A stretch of DNA of 64,000 bases from Lama guanicoe (lineage: Eukaryota), in NCBI GenBank assembly GCA_013239625.1, contig MU054323.1:868001-932000 (forward strand). The letters run 5' to 3'. Shown piece after piece: positions 1 through 12,110 of the stretch. The notes beneath the pieces were generated by a model. The model was not told the DNA's origin and made no database searches. It saw only the letters and a program-made list of their open reading frames with translations. The position numbers were made by a program, and so were the translations under genes. Position 1 is the first letter of the stretch. Every line of letters starts with the position of its first letter.

Positions 1-235
1 GCATTGCGGTTTTCATTGGCATCCCCAGGTGACTAGTGATTTGAGCATCTTTCCGTGTACCTGCTGGCCATTCATATGTTGTCTTTGGAAAAGTGTCTAT
101 TCAGGTTCTTTGCTCATTTTTCAATTGGGTTGTTAATGTTTTTGCTCTTGAGTTGTATGACTTTCTTACGTATTTTTTCTTCTTTTCCTTTCTTACATAT
201 TTTGAACATTAACCTTTGAGCAGATGGATGGTTTT
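1..235 (-). mobile_element. LINE-1 fragment (ORF2 3' region), antisense
   Basis: gagcatctttccgtgtacctgctggccattcatatg...aagtgtctattcaggttctttgctcatttt matches the reverse complement of the L1 ORF2 3' region. Confidence 0.85.
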
Positions 236-659
236 CTGTTACTATTTTTTGTTTGCTTATTTAAAGTTCTTTTTACTTTGATTTTTTATGTTGTTACTTT
301 GCCCTTCCTCATTTGTTTTCAGTTTTTCTTGTTTTCTAATTCATACATTTGGCTTCATATTTCTACATCTACATCTACTACATCTCTCAATTTCGAGGTG
401 TAGTCTGTTGTTCATTTATAGATAGTAAGTAATTTCCATTTTTATTTTATTTTCAATCATGAGTTATTTGAAAATGAGTCAATAGTATCCAGTTTCATAT
501 ACATTTTACTTTTAGTTTAAGCTTTACTCTTTATGATCAATAAAATGTAGACTCTTTAATGTATTTTTATCAGCTTCTTAACTCCCTATTGCTTTTCTTC
601 TGGCCTTTTCTCTTTGCTGAATTATATTCTTAAGTATATCTATCATTTGATATATGTTA

Positions 660-2603
660 TCATTTAGAAACTGTGTTGTCTTACCTTTCACATTTAGATA
701 AACAGTTTTAATCTGATGTTTGCGTATGATGTATATCATACAAAGTACGGGTCAAGATTTATGGTTTTCAATATGAAAGTTGATTTGAACTAGAAAAAAA
801 ATAGTGAAAAGGCTATCCTTTCCCTATCACTATGCAGAAGCATTTTATCACAAATGAATTTTCCATATATATGTGAATCTCTTCCTGAATCCTCTCTTGT
901 TCTCCACTAATTTCTTTGTCTGTCTCTAAGCCAATTCTGTACCCTCTTAATTACTGTATTACTTAATTACTTACTTTCTAATAAGTCTTGATATCTGGCA
1001 GTGCAATTTCTCCAATTGTGTTTTAGTCTTTATGATTCTTATGGCTGTTTTTTTTTTTGGTCCTTTACATTTCCATTTTAATTTCAGTATCAATTCATCA
1101 GTTTAAAAAAATACTAAGAAAAGAAACCAAAAAACTCTTCTGGTATTATGATTTTGCAATGAATCTTTATACCGAATTGGGGATAATTAACATCTTTATA
1201 ATTTGGGGTCTCCCAGTTCATCATATGCTATATTCCTTTATTTATGTCTTCTTTCATTTATCTCAATAATGTTTTGCATATTTCTGTACAGAGTGTTTCT
1301 TATATCTTTTGTTTGATACAGTAGCCTCCCCTTACCCATGGTTTTGCTTTCCACAGCTTCAGTTACCCATGGTGAACTGCGGTCTGAAAATATTAAATGA
1401 AAAATTCCAGAAATGAACAATGCCTAAGTTTTAAGTTGCATGCCTTTCTGAGTAGCATAATGAAATCTTGTGCCCTCCTGCTCTGTCCCACCCGTTATTC
1501 ACTTAGTAGCCATCTTACTTATCAAATCGACAGTCACAGTATCACAGTGCTTGTGTTCAAGTGAACCCTTACTTTACTTAGTAATGGCCCCAAAGTGCAA
1601 GAGTAGTGATGCTGCCAATTCAGATGTGCCACAGGGAAGTCATAAAGTTTTCCCTTTAAGTGAAAGAGTGACAGCTTTTGACTTAACAAAGAAAGGAAAA
1701 AGTCGCATGCTGAGGTTGCTAAGATCTAGTAAGAACAAATCTTCTATCTGTGAAATTGTGAAGAAGGAAAAGGAGCTTCATGCTAGTTTTGCTGTCATAT
1801 CTCAAACTATAAAAGTTACTATCACAGTGTGTGATAAGTGCTTAGTTTAGATGGAAAAGGTATTAAATTTGTGCAATAAAATTTTCGAGAGAGAGAGAGG
1901 GCACATTCATATAACTTTCATTGCAGTATATTGTTATTTTTGTTCTATTTATTATTAGTTATTGCAATTAATCTCTTGCTATGATTAATTTATAAGTTAA
2001 ACTTTATCATAAAGATGTGTGTACAGAAAAAGCCTCATACATAGGGTCCAGGACTGGCCTTGATTTTAGGCATCCACTGGGGGCCTTGGAGCTAATTCCC
2101 CACGGATAAGGGGGACCTCCTTACATATTTAGGTATTTAATATTTTTTCATGCTCTTATAATGGAATTCATTGTTAAATTCATCTGCAAATTTTTTGTTG
2201 TTGGTATATGAAAATACAATTTTTGTTTATTGATCTATCCAGGGACCCACCTAGCTAAAATAACTTATTAATTCTATTAGTTTTTATGTAGATTATTTTG
2301 ACTATCTTATCTACATCTTCTTGTAAGCTATAAATAATAGATTTTATTTTTACTTTTATTTTTACTTATTTCTTTTTCTTGCCTAAAGGTATTGGCCAGG
2401 AGCCCCAATATAATGTTAAATAAACTGGCAATAGTAGGCATCCTTGTCTCAGTCCCTCTCTCTAGGGAAATTGTTCTATACTTCTGTATTAAATGTGTTG
2501 CTTGCTAGTGTATTTTAGTTGAATGCCTTTAAGCCTTTAAGATAAAGGATGATGCTTCACATTGCAAAAATATCATTAATGAGCAGTGAATTTTATCAAA
2601 TGT
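660..2603 (-). mobile_element. Old L1M ORF2 fragment, antisense, interrupted by MER44
   Basis: Degenerate antisense ORF2 motifs, e.g. ggcatccttgtctc (RQGCP) near 2440 and gaattttatcaaatg (FDKI) near 2590-2602; the L1 sequence resumes on both sides of the 1319-2121 insertion. Confidence 0.8.
1319..2121 (+). mobile_element. MER44 (Tigger7-derived) non-autonomous DNA transposon with remnant transposase N-terminus
   Basis: Ends cagtagcctccccttacccatgg... and ...cacggataagggggacctcct form imperfect TIRs, flanked by TA at 1317-1318 and 2122-2123. The internal frame MAPKCKSSDAANSDVPQGSHKVFPLSERV...KNKSSICEIVKKEKELHASFAV resembles a Tigger/CENP-B-type HTH N-terminus. Confidence 0.9.
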
Positions 2604-2694
2604 ACATTAAAATATATCAATTCTATGCCAATAAACAAAAATACAATTTTTAAAGCAAAATATAAACATGAAAGTTGACTCAAGAAGAAATGAA

Positions 2695-3274
2695 GGAGAT
2701 CAAAAGGTATAAACTTACAGATAGGAAATAATATAATAAATAAGTCATGGGGATAAAATGTGCAGCATCATGATTGTAAGTAATAACCCTGTATTGTATA
2801 TTTGAAAGTTGCTAAGAGAGCAGATCTTAAATGTTTTCAGCACAAGAAAAACAACTTTTGTGACTATGTACTGTGATGGTTGTCAACTAGACTTACCACA
2901 GTGATCATTTCATAATACAGTTGGCTCTCTGTCATCATGGATTCAACCAACTATGGGTTGAAATATTTTAAAAAATGCTCTAGAGTTCCAAAAAGCAAAC
3001 TTTGAATTTGCAGTAGGTCAGCAACTATTTACATAATATTTACATTGTATAAGTAATCTAGAGATGAGAATGACGCGTGTAGAGCATATACAAATACTGT
3101 GCCGTTTCATGTAAGGGACTTAAAGCAGCCATGGATTTTGGAATTTGCAGGGGTTCCTGGAACCAATTCCCCAAGGATACTGAGGGACATCTGTATATGC
3201 AAGTATCAAGTCCCTGTGTATTGAAGCTAGTGTAATTTTGCATGTTAATTATATCTCAAAACACCCACCAAGAA
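2695..3274 (+). mobile_element. L1 3' UTR end (L1MA/L1MB-type), 5'-truncated
   Basis: tgtattgtatatttgaaagttgctaagagagcagatcttaaatg is typical L1 3' UTR; it ends in ttaattatatctcaaaa; candidate TSD AAGAAATGAA (2685-2694) / AAGAAGTGAA (3275-3284). Confidence 0.8.
2918..3193. mobile_element. MER2/MER2B (Tigger-family MITE)
   Basis: TA-cagttggctctctgt...ggattcaaccaac and ...cctggaaccaattccccaaggatactgagggacatctg-TA give TIRs plus a TA duplication; internal taagtaatctagagatga. Confidence 0.85.
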
Positions 3275-3574
3275 AAGAAGTGAAAACCCTATAAAATTAC
3301 CATCAAATAACTTTAAAGCATAGTTGAAATGCCCAGCCACCAATAATTCCCTGTATTCCCCATATTCATTTGGCTAAAGAGACAATTTACCGAGTGTCAG
3401 GAAACAAGGAACAACCAATCCCTAATTTACAGAAAATATTCCGGAGAGCAGGGAGAGAAGCGAAATGGAGCCGCACATCTCAGGAGGCCGTTACAACCTT
3501 GAAACCAAAATTGGTTACAGCTTGTTCAAGACAGTAAATAAAGGGCAACCCTTTGAACACGTGTCGGAGTTTCA

Positions 3575-3830
3575 TATATTAGCTTCAGTTTCCTCTGATT
3601 CTATTACCTGTTTTCCATCTCTCTTCTGCATTCTGGCTGAGTCTCTCTCTCTGCGTCGTTTAATCAACCACTAAGCCAATTCACTGAATTTCCTTCCCCC
3701 TCTGATTTTAGTCCCTATTGTTCTTTTTAGAAGTCTATTTTTTCTTTTTGAAATTTGCTCATTTTATGTTCATTCTGCCTTATTCTTGATTTTCTTTCCC
3801 TCCATTTGTCTCTTAGGACATTGTAAACGT
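3575..3830 (-). mobile_element. Degenerate L1 ORF1/HAL1-like fragment
   Basis: T-rich antisense L1 5'-region-like sequence (ctctcttctgcattctgg...tttagaagtctattttttc). Confidence 0.4.
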
Positions 3831-5088
3831 TCTTGAGGGAAGTCTCTCCTTTAATAAATTCCCTTCTTCGTTGCAGCCACTGATGACCTCACAGGGCCGT
3901 TTCTTCACGCAGTTTCTCGTACTCAGGGTGGTTCCTTTTGGTGGGATCCTGCTGTGGACTGACTTGTGGAGGCATCAGATGGAGACCTAGGGGACTGACC
4001 AGAACCAGGTCACTTTTTACAAGTTTCCCAACTCAGGAGTTTTCACATCTTCTAAAAAGTGTTTATTACAGCCATGTGACAGTATCCTTTGTAGTCTGAG
4101 AGCTTTCATTTCTCTGTGGCAGCTCTGCCTCTGTCTCCCCCTGGGTTAGGTCGTCCCGCTTCCTGTCCGCAGGTTAGCATATTTCTGCCCTCAGTCCGCA
4201 GTACAGTTTGTGCGATTCTGGGCTTTATGCCATGAGGCCATTTCTAGATCCCCTGCAGACACACAGCCGTATCTTTTCAGTTTTCCACAGGTATCTGAAT
4301 CTTAGTTTCTGAGTCATATGTCCAATACAGATATTCATAGGAATTTATTTTGATATATTTTTAGTCATAGTCATGAAAATTTGAATTTTTTTCTTTTTTA
4401 TTTCTTATGCTGGGAAAAGCATTGGAATGTGATGGGGCTGATTATCTTGCCTGAATATCAGCTGTATGAATTAAGAAATGTTATTTAAAAATACACTTAT
4501 CCCATTTGTTAAATATGTCTCCGATTTATTTTGAAGTGGGTGAATTAACTAATAGAAATCTCAGTCCCTGAACAAGATAATGAAATTGTTCTCAATTCAG
4601 TTTATAGCTTATTAGGTACTTAGCACATTTAGCACATCAGATGCACAACATTCAAAGGAATAAAAGCAAATTCATAGCCATCAGTGCTTTCCTAAGTCCC
4701 ATTAGAGCTCATAGAAAAGGACTTTGAAGTGAAAAATTAATGGGGATTTTATTTGGTTCTGGATATTTAAAATCAAACGCTCCAAGAAAAGTTCCTTAAA
4801 CTGCAGGAATAAAAAGAGCTTTCCTTCACTTAGCGCCTCCTTCTGAAATGCATTTTGCACCTGTGTTGGAGAGACTGTCCTGGGTCCAGGGTCTTTTTCC
4901 CTGTGGAAGACTCATGTGCTTCCTGCATTATTCAGAATTAGGGGCACACCTTGCTCATAATTAGTGGGGCTGATCAGGGTCTGGGGAACCATCTGGTCGG
5001 TCTACAAGCCAGCAAGAGCCGTCTGGAGTCTGATATATTAATGCAAAGAAACGAGGATCAATAAGTAAACCATGTTTTTTCCTTTCTC

Positions 5089-5209
5089 ATGTGTGTATGT
5101 GTCTGTGTGTGTGTGTATGTGTATATGTGTGTGTATGTGTATATGTGTGTGTATGTGTGTGCATGTGTGTGCATGTGTGTGCATGTGTATGTGTGTGTGT
5201 GCGCATGCA
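5089..5209. repeat. Compound (TG)n/(TGTA)n/(TGTGCA)n microsatellite
   Basis: About 120 bp of almost uninterrupted purine-pyrimidine alternation, seen directly. Confidence 0.97.
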
Positions 5210-6019
5210 CCTGCATAGCAGTCATGCACTGTTAAAGGAATTGGCACCTGTGATAAAGTTAGAACTTCCTGATCCAACTGGGACTATCATTTGAGTTAAT
5301 ACTTGGGTACCTTCAAGGCTTAGCCTGTCTCAAAAGGCTTCAGCTGGACATCGTGGGCCCTTCCAACTGGAAATGAACTAAGAGATCAACTTATGCAGAA
5401 ATCTGACTGCATAGATGGGGAACCCAAAGAAGGAGAAGAGAAAGAACTGCAGGTCCTAAGAGGCGGACGCCTAGGTTTGCTTGTTCTGAAAGAAAAGACA
5501 AGAGCCCTCCAGTACTCAGATCCTACTGGGGAAGCATGATGAGTTAAACAGCAGCTGGAAAGGTTTGTGGCAACTTCTTTCTTTGTGTCTCAGTCACCTC
5601 CTCTTCTCACCACTCACCCAGAGAAAGAAAAGCAGACCCTCCTTGTGACCCCCTCGCCGTGCAAGGAGACCAGGTTGAAAATAAAAGCCTCCTCGTGTGG
5701 ATATTGGCTGTGCCCTGGGGGAACGCTCTCAGGGTTTTCCAGATCGCCTGTACTGAGGGCTCCAGATTCTCTTTCAGAAGACAGAAGTTTCCATGTTCCT
5801 AGGATTCTCTATCAAGATGAGAGAGTACATGCTGACTTCTCACTCAGTTTTGATCAAAGGAAGGGGGACGGGACTTAGAGCTCTGAGTGACAAACAGTGC
5901 TGCTCTGTGGCCAGTCACAGGCCTTCCACACAGTCCCACGTGGCTTATGCTAGCAAGCATCATAAGCAACTTGGTATTTATTTTCTGTCCTGACAAACTA
6001 TTTAAAATAAACCCTGGGT

Positions 6020-6588
6020 TTGGTTTTAATCAGGTATGGTAAGACATGCAGACATAGGAAAGGTTGTCATGAAGGAAGATTGTTTCACTCCAGGTTCCCT
6101 GGAAACAGGAAGCATGGCCTGCCACACGGGGCCACATGGGGCCACACGGGGCCACATGGGGAGGCACAGGGTCAGTCAGGATGCAGAAAGAGCAAGGGGG
6201 AAAACGGGCCAGAGCCTTTAGCATGGTTTCCAAAGGAAAGGCAAAGTAAGGCAGGGTAAGCAGACTTAGAACTGACTAGTGTGAATCATGTCAGCAGGCT
6301 CTGGGACACAGGGGCTGTCCCTAGTTGTCTGAGGCCTGGCTCTAGGATGAGTAGGACAGAGGGCAATTCCCTCAAGGCCATTCCCTGCTGGAGTGTAAGA
6401 GCCAGACAGAGGAGGCGGTTGGGAGTGTGGACTCTGGATCGATGATTATGCACAGGAGAGATGCACTTGCAGCCAAGCTTTGCTATCTCAGAGAATCAGC
6501 TAGGCCTGGGAGGGCACCTCTCTCCAGTCAGTGAGCCCCCAGCTACCACAGCATCCAGAGCACAGGAAAAAGAAAATACAGTCAATGC
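6020..6588 (-). mobile_element. ERVL-class solo LTR (MER54/MER74/LTR53-like group)
   Basis: catgcagacata...gtcatgaaggaaga...ttccctggaaacaggaagcatggc...gggtcagtcagga...ggggctgtccctagttgtctg matches my recollection of this LTR group; contains a 20-bp tandem duplication at 6121-6160. Confidence 0.7.
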
Positions 6589-7599
6589 ACCCACATTCCT
6601 ACTTCTGACTCTGCTCCCCAATACTCCCTCCCCTACACTTTGTTCCAGCTTCTTTCTTTCTGGTCTCAAGCAAACTGTTGTCTCTGACATCTGCTCCAGC
6701 TGACAGTCTGGAAGGTGAGCGCCCTTGGATTTCCCTCTGCCGACTCCCTCCCGGCCCCTCCCTCTCCTGTGTCAGACCCAGGAGAGCCAGGCTTTCCAGT
6801 GCGGTGGCAGGAAGGAATGACTCCGGAAATCTTACTGGGGAGAAAGAATTGGGCGGGGCCTCGTGGCCACTTCTCAATTGCTTCATCAATTGCTTCATCA
6901 ATTGCACTCTGGGGAGTGTCGGGCAGTGGGATAAGGGGTAAAGCAGAAAATATGAATTAATATCAGGGAGGAAGAAGGGTGCTGTGTACTTTTTACTTTC
7001 TTCTGTTTCCTGAGAGAATGCAGTGATTCACTAAAGGATCTCAGAATCATTCCAGTTAAGCAAACTAGCTTAGCTCCAGTTTGTCTTTTGTGAAATGGAA
7101 ACAATGATCTTGCTTCTGCGTGGTGTTCAGCCTTAAATGGGCTGTGTACATACGTTTTCTCATAGATGGCCCAGCATAGAGGAGGCACTTGGTAAATACG
7201 TATTTTTTCAAATTCAAAGAATTGATTTTTCAAGACTGTCTTTTTTTTTCCTCTGGCTTGAGCAGCATGCAAGTTGGAAACGACTCTTCAAGCCACTGCA
7301 GCAACCTTACAGTCCATGTTCCCAGGCAGGAGTGCGGACGCTTCCAAACCTAACAGTGCTGGTCGTGGAAATGCAGTTCACGAATGAAATTTCCATCATG
7401 TTTCTGCTGTCCCAGCGTTTTAACTCACACGAAGACTTCTGAGACCTGAGCTGTGCTTCCCACATAGCTGAAGGGGATTAGGGGCTGCATCCGAGCCCAC
7501 GGCGGGGCTGGGCAGGGCAGGCCGAGCCAAAACAAACAGGAAATTGGCATTATGAGTCATTTACATGCAACATACGCACGTATATAGATGTTCATATTA

Positions 7600-7860
7600 A
7601 AAACATATAAATGTGATTATAGTATAATGTAATGTTTTGTAACTTGCTTTTTTAATTTAATAAGTTGATTTTTCTCATGTTAATAAAAAGATACATCTAA
7701 ATACTTTTGAATGTTACTTTTATTCCATGATATAGGTGTATCATCCCCAGTTTATGTAAATAATTCTCTTTTGAGGGAAAATTAAGTCTGTTTCCAAATG
7801 TTGACTGTGGCAACATTGCTTCAAAGACGTATACAATTCTTCGGGTATTTATATTTTTTT
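7600..7860 (-). mobile_element. L1ME-type 3' fragment
   Basis: ttttgtaacttgcttttttaatttaa...tattccatgatataggtgtatcat...tgtttccaaatg typical of antisense L1ME 3' ends. Confidence 0.6.
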
Positions 7861-7867
7861 GAGATAC

Positions 7868-8250
7868 TGTTCTTATTAGTTTGCAAGGGCTGACATAACA
7901 AATACCACAACCTGGGGAGCTTAAACAACAAAAATTTATTTTCTCAGAGATCTGGAGGCTGGAAGTCCAAGATTAAGACGTCAGCAGGGTTGGCTTCTCC
8001 CGAGGCCACTCTCCTTGCTTCCCAAGGGTGACGGACAGCCTGCATGCTGGGATCACGTGTCTGTGTCCAAATCTCCTATTCCTATAAGGGCATCAGTTGT
8101 GCTGGCTACAGCCTAACCTAAAGGCCTCATTTAACTTATTTCTTTAAAGGTCCTATGGCTAAATATGCTTATATTCTGAGGTACTGGGGGTGGGGGTGAT
8201 TAAGACTTCAAACATATGAATTTGGGGAGGACATAATTCAGCAGATAACA
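7868..8250 (-). mobile_element. MaLR solo LTR (MLT1B/C-like)
   Basis: gggctgacataacaaataccacaa...gcttaaacaacaaaaatttattttctca...tggaggctggaagtccaagat...attctgaggtactggggg...gacataattcagcagataaca. Confidence 0.85.
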
Positions 8251-8659
8251 CAGTTCTGGTCACTAATATTGTCTAAGAAATTGCCTGTGAGTGGGCAACA
8301 CTCAGCACCGGAAAACAGCAACAATTTAATTAAACTCACCGATTCTGAGGGTCAGAAACTTAAGTGCACAATGGAGACAGAGCGTTCCTGTTCTATGGTA
8401 TCTGCGCAGAAGGCGGGAACATCTGAAAACTCCTGTGGCAGACATTTCCCAGATGCTCTTCCAGAGCCCCGTCCATCTCCATCAAGAAGCAGGACCTGTT
8501 CTCCCTCCTCTGGAAGCTCGCCAGGACCGGAACAGGACATGGCTGAAGTGACATTGCACAACTTTTGAGACCAGCTCAGAAAAGGAAATAGGACTTCAGA
8601 CTTTCTCTTTCTCTTGTTCTCTCTCAACACCCTTAACCTTAGAACCCAGAGATCACACT

Positions 8660-8933
8660 ATAAGGGAGCCAAACTCGTCTAGATCGAGAGGAACTGAGGC
8701 CCCCCAGCCAACAGCCAGTATCAACCTCCAGATGTGTGAGTGACCAAGCCTTCAGGCCATTGCAGTCCCCGGACTTTGAATATTTCAGCCCATGTCCCCA
8801 GCCTCACTGAGCAGAGGCGCGCTCTGTTGGGACATGTGCATGTGCTTGACCGTGTAAAACCAGTGATCATAGTAAGTGATTGTTTGGTGCCATTAAGTTT
8901 TGGGGTAATTTGTCACCAACTATAGTAGCTGGA
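8660..8933 (+). mobile_element. MaLR LTR 3' part (MLT1E/G-like)
   Basis: gaggaactgaggccccccagccaacagccagtatcaac...ccattaagttttggggtaatttgt...atagtagctggaa. Confidence 0.7.
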
Positions 8934-9089
8934 AGAGCTCATTTTCTCATGTGGCTGGTGTCTGGTTTGGAGGATTTGAAGACTAAGATCACTGACTGGA
9001 GTCAGTGGCAAAGACTTTGCAAATGTGGTTAAGTTACGCGTCTTGAAATGGATTCAATCCTGGATATCCTTGTAGACCCTAAATACAAC

Positions 9090-9464
9090 TCTGTCATAAC
9101 AAAATACCACAGATTGAGTGGTTTGAACCATAGACATTTATTTCTCACAATTCTGGGGACTAGTCCAAGATCAAGGTGCCAACAGACTCAGTGTCTGGTG
9201 AAAAGCCTACTTTCTGGCTTATGGGCAACTGCCTTCTTGCTGTGTGATCCCTTGGCCTTTCCTTGGTGCAAGCTCATGGAGAGGCAAAGAGCTTTCTAGT
9301 CTCTTCCCCTTCCTGTAAGGACACCACCAATCATGAGGGCTTCACCTTCATGACTTCATCTAAGCCTCACCATATCCAAAGGCCCCATCTCCAAATACCA
9401 TCACCTTGGTATTAGGGCTCCAGCCTACAGATTTTAAGAGGACAAACATCCAGTCCATATTCAT
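9090..9464 (-). mobile_element. MaLR solo LTR (MLT1A-like)
   Basis: cataacaaaataccacagattgagtggtttg...catttatttctcacaattctgg...gtccaagatcaaggtgcc...catctccaaataccatcacctt...gacaaacatccagtccata. Confidence 0.85.
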
Positions 9465-9569
9465 TATGGAGCAGTAATGAAAAGCAAACAAATGAAAATA
9501 TATGTTGATGATGATACAAAGATGTTGATAAATATTCAATTTTGATAAATTTGATAGAGAAGTCAAATA

Positions 9570-10286
9570 AGTAATATAATAGAGTGTTACAAAGAATACT
9601 CCTTTAGATTGAGTGATGAAGACATGCTTGTCTTAGAAAAGAGAACCTTTGGGTTGAGACCTAAGAGATTAAAAAGAAGTGGGAAAAAAGTGGGAAAAGG
9701 TTTTCAGACAGAAGGGAGAGCACTCAAACACTTGGAGTACTCCAGGAAGAAACAGAAGCCAGGGTGACTGGAGGACGGTGGCCAACATAGAAGGTGGTAC
9801 AAAATCAAGTAAAAGAGAAAAGTAAGGGAGAAATCTTGAGATAAGGCACAAAGGTGAGATTTTATTCTAAATTCAGTTGAAAGCCCACTGGAATTTTTTT
9901 TAATGAAATGACATCATTTGACTTCCATTTTAGAAAAATCATTCTGCTTGCGCTAAAGAGCAAGAGTGGAAAGTGGGAGAAACATGACGAGACTTTGAAG
10001 TTATCTGGGCAACTCGCTGTCATGGTTTGGGCCAAGGTGATGATAGCTTAAACGAAGAGAAGTGGAGAGATGCAAGATGTCTTTCAAGGGTGGAACCATT
10101 AAGACTTGCTGATAAACCCAACCTGGAGGCCACGAGAAAGAGTGAAATCCAATGGCATGTGTAGGTTTTGGCTTAGGGCCACTGGGTGGCTTGTGGTGTC
10201 ATTGACTCAGATGGAAAGAGTGGCATTTTGGGAGGGCTGGGATTGAATGACAGGGTGTTTGGGGGGAAGATGAGAATCATAGGAGT

Positions 10287-10323
<37 letters not shown>

Positions 10324-10700
10324 ATTTTAAATGTTTATTAGTCATTTAAGTGAAGATGTTGAACAGACAACGGGAGAAGTGAGCTCAGAGGTCAGGGCTA
10401 GCAATATAAATGTGTGAGTCAACGTTTAGATGTTAGACACACAAAGCCTGGAGACGAGAAGAGATTAGACAGGAGGGAAATGTGGCTACAGGAACAACTA
10501 GACCTCAGAGAGGAAGAGCACAGGGCATTCGTGCTTACAGGACACAGAGAGCAGGAGAAGAACCAGAAGAGAAGGCAGGAAGGAAGCACCCAGGAGATGG
10601 GAAGAACACTGAAAAGTATGGTGATGTTTTCAGAAGGAGGTTCTAATGGCTGTAGAAGTTCTTTCTCACGGATAAAATGAAATCTGACTCCATGTTACTC
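9570..10700 (-). mobile_element. LINE-2 fragment
   Basis: Purine-rich antisense L2 motifs: gattttattctaa...ccactgga...tgacatcatttgacttccattttagaaaaatcattctgc; agaggtcagggctagcaatataaatgtgtgagtca. Confidence 0.75.
10291..10322. repeat. (ATTG)8 microsatellite
   Basis: Perfect tetranucleotide array. Confidence 0.97.
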
Positions 10701-11269
10701 TTAAACATTGGTCTCTGGTCTGAATTCTGGAAAACATACCAAAAAAGTCAAAGGAAATTTTTAAAAAATGTTTCATTACAGGAAAAGAATGCATTTTGTA
10801 GTTACTCTTGTTTGAATCCTGGGGCCACCCCTGATGAGCTGTGTGACTGTGGACAAGAGACCTGGCCATGGCGAGCTTCATTTCTCTCATCTCTGGAATG
10901 GAGATGTGGCCTCTGCTTTGCAGGGTTGTGGTGGAGTTTGGTGACAGTGCACAGCACACACTTAGCCTAAAACACCGGCTCCATACATTGAAGTAACTAT
11001 GAGCTTGGTCCCCTTCCCTCTACAATAGCCCTAGAAAGAGTTGATTACCCCCATAGTCCTTTTGCAGCCAAGATTTTCTAAGCTATCATTTCCTTCTCAC
11101 CCTTTTCCTTTCTCTCTCCTTTGACTTCTTCTTCCCATACCTGGCCAGCTTTCCAGATCTCAAGGAGTTCTAAAGCCAACAAGAAATATCACCCATGTAG
11201 GTGATACCTTTCTATGAACACAATGGCAGGAGCTGTTTTGTGAAGTTGGGAGCTACTTTGGGGAAGTCA

Positions 11270-11510
11270 AGGGCAGAGGTTAAGAACTCAATCTCTTGAA
11301 GCATATTACATGGGATTTAATTCCATCTCCACCACTTAGAGGCTACGTGAACTCGATCAGCTTACTCACATTTTCTATGTATCACTTTCCTCATTTGTAA
11401 AATGGGGGGGTAGAATCTAGCTCACAGGATTGTTACTGGGATTACACAAATTAAAATAGGTAAAGGGCTCAGAAGAGTGTCAAGTGCTCAATACTTTCAT
11501 TAAATGTGAG
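11270..11510 (+). mobile_element. MIR SINE
   Basis: MIR core ctttcctcatttgtaaaatggggg...ctcacaggattgtt...aagggctcagaagagtg. Confidence 0.8.
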
Positions 11511-11929
11511 CTACCACATCTGTATTGAGGATTCCCAGCAGATGGCTGAATGGCCTCCCTTCCAGGATGGGTTACCAGAGACTCACGCCCAACGAAGGAG
11601 CTGTGGGCTGACTTCTGAGGTCCCTTCTGACTGATATCTTGGATTTGATAACCAGTGAGACTCAGTGTTTTGGGGGGTGGGCTGTGTCCAGAGGTGGAGG
11701 GCAAGTGGACCGTAGCTCCCTGACTCACAGGAAGCAGTGGAGGCACTTTCGGGAAGAGCTACAAATGTGGGTTAAAAAGTCAAAACCGCTTCAATTTTGA
11801 TTAATACCTTTTCTTCTCAAATATCAAAACTTTAGCTGCTTTTCTGAGTTCATGTGTCCTATTTGGGTTTAAAATTTTTCTTTGACAATTTATGCTTAGT
11901 AATAGAAGCAGAATGCTATAGAGAAGATA

Positions 11930-12110
11930 TCACAGGTTCAGAGTTAATTCTAAATTCAATTCTCTCAGCCCCTCTACTTACTACAGGGAGCTGGGTGCCT
12001 CTGTGCCTTAGTTTTCCCAACTTAAAAGAAAAATAGTAATACTTGCTTTGCAGAGTTGTGAGAATTAAGTAAAATAATGTACATAAGAGACTCAGCAAGG
12101 TGAAAATTAT
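11930..12110 (+). mobile_element. MIR SINE
   Basis: cctctgtgccttagttttcccaac...cagagttgtgagaattaagt. Confidence 0.7.

Larger units (their letters stand above)
2610..3552 (+). mobile_element. Old L1 ORF2 fragment, sense, split by a younger L1 3' end
   Basis: ttctatgccaataaa (YANK) and ttgactcaagaagaaat (LTQEE) lie before 2694; the sequence continues after 3284 with aaggaacaaccaatccctaatttacagaaaatattc and gaggccgttacaaccttgaaaccaaaa (EA.ITL.PK-like). Confidence 0.65.

Noticed and set aside
1470..1850. ORF with transposase-like sequence as an active or domesticated gene
   Set aside because: Only a degenerate N-terminal piece inside non-autonomous MER44; no DDE domain
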